In this document: one piece after another, positions 37,555-49,500 of the stretch
Layout of the letters: the number at the start of each line of letters is the position of its first letter
Position numbering within the stretch: position 1 is the first letter of the stretch
Notes under the pieces: generated by a model
What the model was told of the DNA's origin: nothing
What the model saw: only the letters and a program-made list of their open reading frames with translations
Databases searched by the model: none
NCBI GenBank assembly: GCA_964035545.1
Contig: OZ037765.1
Span: 25,729,504 to 25,793,503, forward strand
Origin: Bugula neritina
Taxonomy: Eukaryota > Animalia > Bryozoa
DNA length: 64,000 nucleotides
Direction of reading: 5' to 3'
Translations under genes and position numbers: made by a program

Positions 37555-40500
37555 ATGGATGAGCCTATTAGAAAGCTCCCTCATGTAGAGAAGGTCAAGG
37601 AGCACCAAGAGCCTTTGTCTACTCTAACTAATCAGTCAGTCAAATCTAGAAATGCTACTCACGGTGACAGGTAATTTGTTTTAGGATTACCGTTTTACTG
37701 TTGATAACTCATATTAAAGTTTTGTCAATATTTGATAAAGTAAAGCCAATAAGAAACATCACAGTTAAACAACTATCGATATTTCAGATCACCTAAACCA
37801 AAAGATGAAGAGAAGCTGAGAGAGCGTTTGACCAACCCAAAGCATGTCTGGCGCAAAGAGTCAATGGAGAAAAGAAATCGTTCTGGTCCCTTGGTCTGTT
37901 TGAACTTTATAAGATGCAGTTCTTTATATATAGTTGCAAATTCATATATATGCGTAGTTTAGCTGTAAAAGTGTTTACAAATCAATTATCAATAAGACAA
38001 CACAACATCCTTTATGGGTCATACCTACTTGTATTTCAAATTCTTAACCAACATTAAAGTTGAAATATTTGTGTAATTATAGCACAATATTTTATTAAAC
38101 AATTAAAATAAATTATGTTACTTGGCTTGCAAACCTTAGCATACATGTAACTTTGGTGCATGTAATAAGCAACAGTATGTTTTGCTCTAGAATTATGTTT
38201 TATAATATATGGAGACCAAGATGGTAACAAAAGGTCTTATTCAACGTTACAAATGTATTCAAATGAGTCTTTTGCTCTTATATAACAAAATATATTTTTC
38301 TGGTGCACATATGTATATTCACATTCTTCTATCTCAAGCAGAATAAGTAAATCTCAAGCTTGCTAAACAGTACTAAATGGCAAAATAATTTTAATAACCA
38401 CATAGTTGATTTTTTGCATTATATTTATTTTGTAGGTTGGAAAACATAGTTTAAAAAAAGGTGGTGAACTCAGGGTTGATACTAGTAGAGTAAGTGACTG
38501 TTATCGAGTAAACCTTTTGTTGTAACTACTCTTATAATTTTATTATACTCGTATCCTGATATTTACAGTACTCTATGTGGTTAGTTTGAGTATACTCAAA
38601 TGATATAAATAAATAATGCTGTTTCCTTTGCAGTCATATTCCACTTTACCCAAGGGTAGTAATCTGAGACCAACATCTCCAAACTATGAATCTGCATTCA
38701 AAAGACAAGTTGTCAACCGGCCGGTTTCTCCAAATGTTACCACTTCGCGCCGTATCCCATCCACAGGCTCGGTAAGCATTGCCATGTCTTATGAACTGCA
38801 TATCCACTGTTGAAGGATATAATATATACTATATGGGTCATTTTACTTAATTTAGTGCACAATGGAAATCTCTAGTTTTTAGCATTTTTTCACAATTTAG
38901 CTGCTAATGAACATGGGTTTTTACACCTAAATAATCAAGGTTCTTCTTAATTTTGCTTGATTTCCCATGTTTTTTCCTAATTATTCAGCTACTTTTGATT
39001 GCGGACCGTTACGACAAAACCCTAACGGTCCGCAATCAAAAGTAGCTGAATAATTAGGAAAAAACATGGAAAATCAAGCAAAATTAAGAAGAACCTTGAT
39101 TATTTAGGTGTATTAATTGATAGTTTACTAGTTTTGGGCAAAAACCCATGTTCATTAGCAGCTAAATTGTGAAAAAAAGCTAAAAACTAGAGATTTTCAG
39201 TGTGTACTAAATTAAGTAAAATGACCCATATAGTATATAAAACTCACCCAAATTTATAGTCACAATCCCTTTGAGAAACCCTGATGGAAAAGTCTTTTTT
39301 TTAACTCGGGCTGATGACTTATTCATATGTGGCACATGAGCAATTATCACTGGATGCCCTTCCTAACATCACCAATAGCCTGTACTTGGGTTCGAACCCA
39401 TTACTAGCCTATACTAGCACTCTAACCCCTAGACCATGGCTGCTCCCTATATATTATATAGTATATAATATATTCATATATTTATGCATCTAGTATATAT
39501 ATTCGTATATATGTGCATATGGTGTATATGGTGCAGTGTATCATTTCCTCTTAATATTTTTTGTTTTGGATTACACTCAACCGTTTTCAGTATACAAAGT
39601 ACACTGTGACGCTGAACCAATGTGAAACTTAAATAATCTTTCAGTTCAGTTTCTAACAAATTGGTGGCTGCAAAATCATGTCGCAACTTTGATTATTAGT
39701 GCTCTTTGTTTACCTGAAACTTGAAATGTTGCAATACTAAGCAAGATACTCAGTAATAAGGGGCGACTTGGACTCATTCTATCAGTTCATTGTAAACTAT
39801 GTTTGTGTTGATTCTAGCCACCATGTTATATGTATGCTAAACTTGTTTCTGGGATAGTTTGGTAAGGGACGTAGGCCTCCTTCTCCACACATAGCTGCCA
39901 ATCCTGAAGAATTGCTGAAAAAGAGACTGGAAAAGGCAAAGAAAGCAAAACTCTACTTATTGCAGCAAGCAGGCCCTAATTCGTTTATAATTGGCGGTGG
40001 AGATTCCGGAGAACACCGGCATAAGGTTACCATTGGCAACCAGGTATGTCCTTGTCATTATTTCAGAAAAGATTAGACTTCGGATAAGATTTATACATGT
40101 ACTATAATGTTTGTTGAATTGTGTGTGTGGTAGGCGAAGAAACATGTATTTTACTCTTTGTAGAGTTGCACTTGTGGGAAAGGAAGGCACTGCATTCATA
40201 TATTGTTTGTTATGGTTCGAGTTTTTCAACTCTCCGACCAGGATCCACTTATGCAGTCTAAGGTGCTGCGGAACTTCGAGGTATTCCTAGTTTGTGTTGG
40301 CATGTGTGTTAGCTAGTCTTATCGGCATTCGAATCTGTTGTTTCAAATTTTTAGCACCAAGTGTAAGACAGCAAGTATGTAGTTACCTCACTACCAGCAT
40401 TTTATCATCTGCAATATTTATAATCTATTCTATACTCTCTTTCTCTACTGTAGCTTATCATAAGAAATGGCAATACATATACATTGTTGGCAAAAGCTGC

Positions 40501-43500
40501 TGAAGTTTTTTAAGTATATTATGCAAAGGGACAGTCTCAAAGACTATTTAGTTTCTATCAGCTAACCAGCATAAACTGAGAATGTGAAAGCAATTTGTAT
40601 AGTAGACTGATGGTTTGTTGCCTAAGCTCTGTAAGTTCTAGATTTGATAACTCTATTTTATATGGAATTGTGACTCAATTCTATACTTGTCTGTGGAATA
40701 GTTTCATGTCAATTGTGAGATATTAGCTGTAATTTTTCTTGCAAACATATGAGTAAAGAAAGTTGATCAAATGAGTTATTTAAGTTCTGACTATAATTCT
40801 TACTATTGCCAGTTCCTCTACAACATTGCATTTGAGTTGTTGATCTTTTCTTCTGCAATTGTCTACCATGCAGAATCAATCTTTGTATGATGACTTATAT
40901 CAAGTCTGCACTGTACATGTTAGTAATTTAAGTTTACTATTCTAACGGTTTATTGTTGTTTATTACATGCATATTGGTTACATCCATGTCATCAAAATAG
41001 TTAGAAATGCTCAATGTACTGTATATGGTTGATCAAATTGCTAATATTACCATGGAATCAGTAGGAGTGTTTATTGCATTTGGGTAATTGAAGGCTAGTC
41101 ACACCAGTCTCAACCCTTTCTCATGCTTGTATATATTACTCTAATGCTAATATATATTACTCTAATGCTAGTATATATTACTCTAATGCTAGTATATATT
41201 ACTCTAATGCTAGTATATATTATTCTAATGCTAGTATATATTACTCTAATGCTAGTATATATTACTTTATTGCATAGTGTCCTTACCAGGTTTCTGGGTT
41301 AACTTTCTGCTGAAATTTCACTCTACACAATGAGCTCACAATGCCTCCTACTTTATTATATTCTTACTTGGCGAAGAGATCATTTTATATTTCACTATAA
41401 TCATATGCTATAGGATAAAATGGGTAGAATTTTCATTATCATATTTACTTAGCTAATGTTATACTTTTTGATAGTTGTAAATCTAGAAAAGTTATTGTAC
41501 TAATTTGTGTACATTCTTTTGAATGTATTTTTCTAATGATTCAAATAAAGTTTTCTCAGTGCACCTTTTGAAATGCTTTCAAATTCATTGAATAAAGTTA
41601 ATGTTAAGTCAAATGAGTTGAAAGCATAGTGCCTGAACACTGTGGACTGAGTCATGGTTTTTGTATGTTTTGGGAAGCTTATCTGTATTATCTGTAAACT
41701 TTTCAACGGGAGCCATTAAAGTTAACCAAAGTCTTTAAATGCATATAGATTAGAGTGGTTATTGATAACATGAAGACAGAACCCTTGCTTAACAACTGTT
41801 GATGGTGTTTTATTAGGTAGAATCTCTCTTCAGGACTTACGAAACCAGAAGAAAAGAACGGCTGAAGAAAACTAGCAAAGTAGCTGTTTCTGCTGCTTCG
41901 CCTGCCGAGTCAAGTCCAGCATGCGAGGAGTTGTCTGGCCATGATGTTGAGTACGTATAACCTATGTCATATATGACAATGTATATAAAGCTACTTGCTT
42001 GTGTGATTTGCATTTTACATTCTTGTTACTATTTTACTATGTTATTGTGATATTACTTACCTACTTTCCTCAATTCAATTTCGTCACTTTGAGTGAAAAA
42101 AAGAACACTAATGACACATGCAGTTGCTGTAAGTGATAATTTGTTTGATTCTCTACCATGCAGTTAGTACACTAAGCTATTACTCTACATTACTTTATAA
42201 GAAATATATTTTAGTTATAATACTTTTGGTAAAACTCTATACTGTGTTATACCTTAGCTAGAATAGTAGTAATCAAGTTATGAGAAGTTATTTACTTAAG
42301 TAATGTTTGTAAATTGACTCACTTTGTGCCTAATTTGTTAGCCTAGCATTTCTGCCGAGCAGCAAAAGGATCTTATCTTCAGGCCGTTATAATCAATGTA
42401 ATCAGTAAGTAACTTGGTCTTTGTGCGTATTAATATTTATATTGGCTGTGGGTTTCACCGTCAACATGTCTAAATGTTGGTCACCTGTTTCTGTTTTATT
42501 TTTTCTGAAGCATCAGTTTGTAACGCACATTTCCAGTTTCACTTTGCTTTTAGAACTGTGTTATATGTTGTATGGCTCTAGCTGTAGGCAATTCTTATCA
42601 TTTTAAACATGATAATTGATTTTATGTGATTCCTAGAGTGATTCCTAAATCTCAATGTTGTTTTAAGTTTATAAGTGCTTTTCTTCAAGTGTTGGTGCCA
42701 TTTCCTGCACTAGTTTTGCCCTATTTTGGAGTTGCCCTATTTTGGAGCTGTCCTATGTTAGAGTTGCCCTATTTTGGAGTTACCCTATTTCAATTTGTGC
42801 ATAATTATGTAAATTTAGTCTGACAGATTTTTATAAATTAGATAACGATTTTTAGTGCAATAAATTGATAGTGGAATAAAAACTTACTAGAAAATTCTAT
42901 TCTTCCGTTTTGAAAAATTAGATGCCATATGCTATTTACCTAATAAATCACATTTTAACATGTTTATTATAGTGTTAAAACGCTATTGCTGCTAACATAT
43001 TTAGTAGAATTTGCTTCTTCGTAGATGTACGAGTTTGCACAAACAGAACATGCAAATCTTTTAAGTTTGCTTGATGCAGCAATTATAATTCTAACACAAG
43101 ACATGCTTTACACAGATGAATTATGCTGAGTGAATTAGGTTACTCTGCCTTCTATGCCTCAAACATACAATGCCTGAGTCATCTCTTTTACTGCTGAAAC
43201 TAAAATTATGTTCCTAATCTACTAGTTTTGTTAGAAATGAAGGAATTCTGTCAATAAGTTGATATATAACGCGAGATAGTGCTACATATTACGGTAATGT
43301 TTGTTATATATTCCCTGATGAAGCTGTTAGAATGTAATATACAGCACATAATGAGATGCCTGCTTATTGAAAGTTATCTTATAATCAGCTCTGTGCAGAT
43401 GTTGTAAATAGCGTTGTGTTGCTATTACATTGGCAGCGTATTCAGAGCATTGAGTCAGCTAGCATGTGTTATATGTAATATGTTGATTAGCTATTAGTAA

Positions 43501-46500
43501 GCGCTGCACTGCAGTGTGCATTACATGTAGTATCTGAGACTGAGATTCTGTGCTATTCTAGACATGGTGAGGAGATGGAGGTGAACTGTCCCATCTGTCT
43601 TCTAGACCTGGAGAGTTCTCAACAGATGGTGCGCTGTGATCACTGTCACAACACACTGCACCACGACTGCATGGCAATATGTAAGTAATTTCTGTTCTCA
43701 ACAAATCCTTGAATATTTGTAAACTTAGCATATGCTAGGAGTATGTGATACAAAAAGTCTGTTTTAGGTAAAACAGTGCATCTGGTGTGCTTAAGTTAGT
43801 CCTGCCCCTTCTAGTGATAGTTGCTTATAATGTTGCAGCTCGAAATAGTTTTCAGTTGCAAATCAAATGTATGGAGTACATTTCGTAATTTCTTCAAGTT
43901 TACTAAAATAATACCATAATACTTTTGAATGTGGTAATCTAATAACGTCATGTAGAATTAGTGAAGATAATTATGAAAGGAACAAGTTTATTAGCCATGA
44001 CCTCCTGCAGTTGGGTGAAGTTAACTTTTCTCTTTCTACTATTTCTATCAGAACTCCCACATTTATGTAATGTTTGTCTGGGAAAACCTGAGTATAGTAC
44101 TACTACCGCTGTGCCTGGCTTTACTGTGTTGTACTTTACTGTGTTGTACTTTACTGTGGTGTACTTTACTGTGTTGTACTATTGCCAGGGCACCAGCTGG
44201 TGAAGAAGCAGAGAGAGCAGCTCACCTGCCCGCTTTGCAGGGCCAGCTGGACAAGCACTAGCTCTCTCAGGTAATACAACGATTTATATATCTTTATATT
44301 TATATGCAAAGTATATTCTACTCTAGCTTACTGAATATATTCTTGATTTTGTTTTGTTCTGAAAATTGTTTTAGTCTATGCTGTATGTTTGCTGTATTCT
44401 ATGTCTATTCCCCAATGGACTTGTTAGTTGTCTGTAAGTTACACAGTTATTTCTATAACATGTAAAACAAGTTGCTTGTTAATAATTAATAATGTTAGTT
44501 CCAAGATTCAATTAGCTTGCTGAATTTAATGAACAACCCTATTATAGTTGTATTATATTGATATACAGCTAGGAAGACTAGTATGATATATTGTGGTATT
44601 CATAAGGTATGTTTAACTGATGCATCCTCTTTATATAGCATAGCTAATAGATGCTTATATCATTTCACTCTACTAGTGGGCCTTTCCACTGACTGAATCA
44701 CAGGCTATTAGCTGAATCACCTTGCCTGGATACTGACTCATATGGTAATTGGTTATTGTAACTAATTTTCCTTCTAATGTAAACAGTATGTGCTACAGGT
44801 TTGAAGATCTACCAGATGAGAGGCGTGGAGCTGGATCTACAGACACCATCACAGCTAGCCCCAACAACCTGGGTGTCTCTCCCGTTAGTGGATTTACTGA
44901 TATTGAACCCAGAACTCTGTTACCACGCTCTCAGCCAATACCATCGGAGTTTACAAACTCGACCATTCATTGGATCGAGGTATATATACTATGCAGCTAT
45001 GCAGTGCACACAAGATGTTTCAATGTGTTCAGGTTTTGTGTGCAATTTACAATAATATGTTAAAAAGTGATGTGATTGCTTGCATAGACAATGAACAATA
45101 AATTGAAATATGCGAAAGACTGTTACCAGAAATTTAAAACGTATGTCTAGATGCCTTTTTAGTAATAAAAGGTCAACAAAAACTAATAGTTTTCCAGGTT
45201 TAATACATTTTATTTACTGCGTAAACTTTATTCATGCACTAATTATTATTAGCGATACAAGTAGCAGTTACAAGCAATGTATTCAGATGGTTATAGTTGA
45301 TCCATCATATCAGATATAATAAGATGGTTTTTAAAATTCACGAGACTACCCCTTGTTATGAATCTTGGAATTTTGTTGCTGACAGCGCCTTGTTTCGTGT
45401 TGAACAGTATTAGTTATACGACCTTGTGATATTATATATTGTGTTTACAGATGTTTGGTGAAGATCTCATTGGCTGCCTGTTTATGAAGAACGAGTGGGT
45501 GATGAGAGAAACTGCTCTTAGACATCTGAGCCGGGAAATAGTCATGCTGCTGTCTCATCCTTCCGAACAGGATATTACATCGACTGCTGCCAGTCAGTCA
45601 GCCGGCGACAGCCAGCAAATACCCAACTCACGGTCCAGTCAGAGCCAGTCTCGTATAGAATCAGTTCTGGAGATTAGCTGCCAGATTCTTGCTATGATGA
45701 TGACGGACCCCGTATACAAAGTGTATGTGGCTTCACTGGTGAGTTCACGTCTCACTTCTCCTGTTGAAGGTCTTGTTATGCATCACACGTCTTTATTCTC
45801 TTCACAGTCTTGTAAATATGTATGTATTTTGAATATTACGTATTGTAGAGATCTTTGAGAACAATGCTGTCCTACTGCTCCTTGCCAGATGTAACTAAGC
45901 TAAGAGAATACATGAGGCCGGTGATAAAGAATATCATACTCAAATGTGCTGATGGTAACAGGTGGGTTTTGTGTTGACACTGGGGTAGTGTATTGGCCCT
46001 TGCAGCGTAGTTTCTCTTTGGTATTGATGTCATACTATGCTGGTGTCATACTATGTTGATATCATCCTATGTTGACGTCATGCTATGATGATGTCATACT
46101 ATGTTGGTATACTATATTCATGCTGTAGGAAAACCAATCAACTCTCCATATCAACTCTCGATGAATTTGCTAAAGATCAAGACGGAGAGTTGGCAATTGG
46201 CAAAGAACTCAACATACAGGGTATGCAGCCATTTTTAGTAATTTAATAACTGAATGCAGTCTGGTGCCTGCTAATAGCTCTACTGTATTAGAGTTGCTAC
46301 AAGGCTATAATATGTTACCCTGAGGTTCACATGTTGATGATAGTGTGAGCTAATACATACAATGTGTTTCTAGATGGATGTTATGGTCTTACACTGCATT
46401 GTTTGTCTTTCAGGTCAGACTGGTCTGGGAGGGTGTAAATATGTGGTGGAATGCTGCGTTTCTCCAGACAGTACGGATAGTGTGCAGATACAGTGGCTAA

Positions 46501-49500
46501 ATGGTCGTCTGCTAATCATGACTCAACTGCTGGAGGAATTTCCTAGTAAATTCACAATTATGGATACCAGTTCTACACACAACGATGTGTCTCAGCAGTT
46601 ATTCTCCATGATGGCATTTGCGGCTAAAGGCATTGCCAAATCTGGAATTCAACCGAGGACATTGAAATACTCAAAACGAGTTATATTACAATGCTCGAAG
46701 TTAGTATATTGTCTTGAGTTTGTGTATTGGTTTTAGTTTAATGCGTGTTTTGTGTGAATATTATTTAAATCTAATGAGGGGTTGTCACACTTGTCAGGTA
46801 CCTATCCGTGCAGCCTGGAATGATCTCTAAGATTAGAGCTCTGTTGTCACTTATTGAACCTGACATGAGAGGAAAATTAGAGAAGAAGATAGTAGAGATG
46901 TCAATGGCGGCCCAACAAGCGGCAATTGAGAGCATCAACAGCCAATCAGCTGACAGCTCTCATAACACGTCTGAGATTAGAGCTGGCTCTCCTCACAGCG
47001 CAGTGAGTAGTCCAAAATTTAGTTTCTGTTCTTGGTTGAACTTTGTTCAATTTACTGCCAGTCAAGGGTTACTAGCTGACGTAAGATTGTGGGTTACTAA
47101 GTATACGAAGTGTTCCACAATATTGTTTATTACTTGACCAATAAATCGCTTCAAGATATTGAAATATTGTCTTTGTTGGAATTATTAAACTGGCATGTTT
47201 AAGTTTGTTCTCTTCTAGACTAAAAGAAAAAAAGTTGCCCGTTCACTAACGTTTGGATCTATATATTCATCGCATCCCATGCCCTCCAGACTCCCGCGAC
47301 CTGATAACACGATACTTCCTGTATTGCGTCGCTCAGACAGCTACACGGAAGCCGTGTATGACGAGGAGAACGAGGAAGAGCCGCTGACTAACCCTCTTCT
47401 GTCGGGAAGAGAGTCTCACTCTGACAGTTTAGAAAGCGTCGAGGGTGATTATGTGCCTACCTTGCAGGATAGACCTGGTTCTGAGAAGGAAAGTGCTGCG
47501 GCTGCTGCTGCTGCTGCTGCTGACGGAGATGGCTCAGTAGATGGCTCATGCTCATTAGATGTTGTTGATATTGGAACACTTAATGATGCTGATCGCACTC
47601 TCATCGGAGCTTCAGCACTGGGACTGTCGAGTGACAGTGAATGTGAAGAAGTTCAGTTACGGAAGTCTCCTCGCAAACTGTCACGGAGTCGAGTCGTGAA
47701 AGGGATAAAGCCTTGTATTAGTATAAGAAGTGAGAATGATTATTCTGAGGAAGAAGAAGGTAAGTGTTTCTCCTCGTTGCCTACACTTGGGTTTTTTAGA
47801 ATAAATTTAAATTATTGAATAATTTAATAAGTTTGTTTAATGACTGATTGTACAAGCTATATATTAAATTAGTCATCAATATATGCGGTGTGCTAATTTA
47901 ATACCTGCAGTGGAAGATGATGGGGTTACAGATCCTAATGAAGAGATTAATCACACAGCTGTTGACTGTGTTGACGGGCTACCAAAACGGAAAACAGGCA
48001 CAAGTTCGGGGGTTGAGGTGCCTCCCCTTCTTCTCAGCCATGAAAGCATGGGATTTGAGACTGTGGATGAGTGGAACGATGAAATCGAGGTCACAGAACA
48101 TGAAGCAATAGAAGTTATTGATAGTGTTTCAGATTCGGTGAGAATGTCCATCATGTACTAGAGTGTAATATACTATTATAGAGACCAATGTGAGGGTGTG
48201 ACATTACGTCACTGTGCTAGGAAATTTCTGTAAAACTGCGTGTCTACTATCAAAGCTAAAGGAATGTAGCAATTGGCAAGTCAACAGTTTGCCGATGATT
48301 TTTATAGGATATCTTACTGTACATTTTTATGAGCATTATAACTCATAGTGTGAGTGTATGTGTAGATATAGAGATAACACAATATTTTATAAGTGTATAA
48401 ATATTGAAGGTTATATTGAGTGTGGTGTTCTAGGATCAATTGTATGGTTCTTGTGTTTAGGAGTCTGGAACTGACAACATATCTAAGTCTGTTACGCTGT
48501 CTGTCGGCGTGGAGTCATCAGATGATGCAGAAAGTCTGTCTGACTTGCAATTGTCTGGTGTCAACTCAAGGTCATCCAATAAGAAGTTACCATTTAAAGG
48601 ATATAGGCGGAGCAAACACACTCGTAGTAAAACTGATCCGTTTAAGGTGGAGAAAGACAGAGCTGGTAAAAAGTCTCCTCGGTATCACAGTGACCCTGCG
48701 TATGGCGACTCAACATCCTGTTAGTATACTATCAACACGATTAGATTTTGTTGTCGCTCTTTCAATTATTACAATAATTAATTTGTGTTTATTACACTTT
48801 TAGCCTCTTCCACTCCGCGAAGCCCGGCGGTGTTTGATTCCCCAGCCAGTACAATGCTGACATCGGCTGGTGTGTCAGAGTCAGCAGTTACAGTCACCGA
48901 GGCAGCGAGTCATGTTGGTGTAGTTCAAGTTGTGAAACCAATCAATCGATCGCTGACCTTTTCTGAGCCCCCAATCAAGCGACGGCTGCCAGATCGGCCA
49001 CTTTCTATGAGGGCTAGAAAAAGTGAGTCATCAATTTAAGTAATTAATGATTTGTTTGTGTCTCTTAGTAACAATAGTAGTAATTGGGTGAAGTGAGGAT
49101 GACAATAATTGTGAGGCATTCTAGCCACTATTGTTGATGTATTATTATTGTTTTATAGGCTCCAATTCTCAACCTACCCGATCACGCTTGCCTGCCAGGT
49201 CTCGTACTGCTGCCTCTATGGCTCCACCATCATCTTCTGTCGGGGCAGGAAACTTGTCATCTGAACATCATTTGACGATGCAGTCCAGAATGCCTGATCA
49301 CTCGACATCCAAATCGCCAGCCATACCGGCAGCAATACGAGCGAGCTCTCCACCAAACTCTCCGCTCCGGTCTGAACACGTCAAGAGCTCAACTCCCCGG
49401 CACTCTCCGCCGCTCTCTCCGCACAGGAAGCAGCGTCAGCCACTGTCACCAAGACTTGCGTCTCGGTCTCCATCTCCCCCTGCCGCATCCAACACAGCTA

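Noticed and set aside
39380-39447. A/B boxes suggesting a tRNA gene
   Set aside because: No acceptor stem or cloverleaf; it continues into a SINE body, so it is annotated as a SINE.
43315-43360. CTGATGA followed by a short stem (gctgt...acagc), resembling a hammerhead ribozyme core
   Set aside because: The required GAAA after helix II and helices I/III are missing. The CTGATGA hits at ~22744 and ~23577 fail in the same way.
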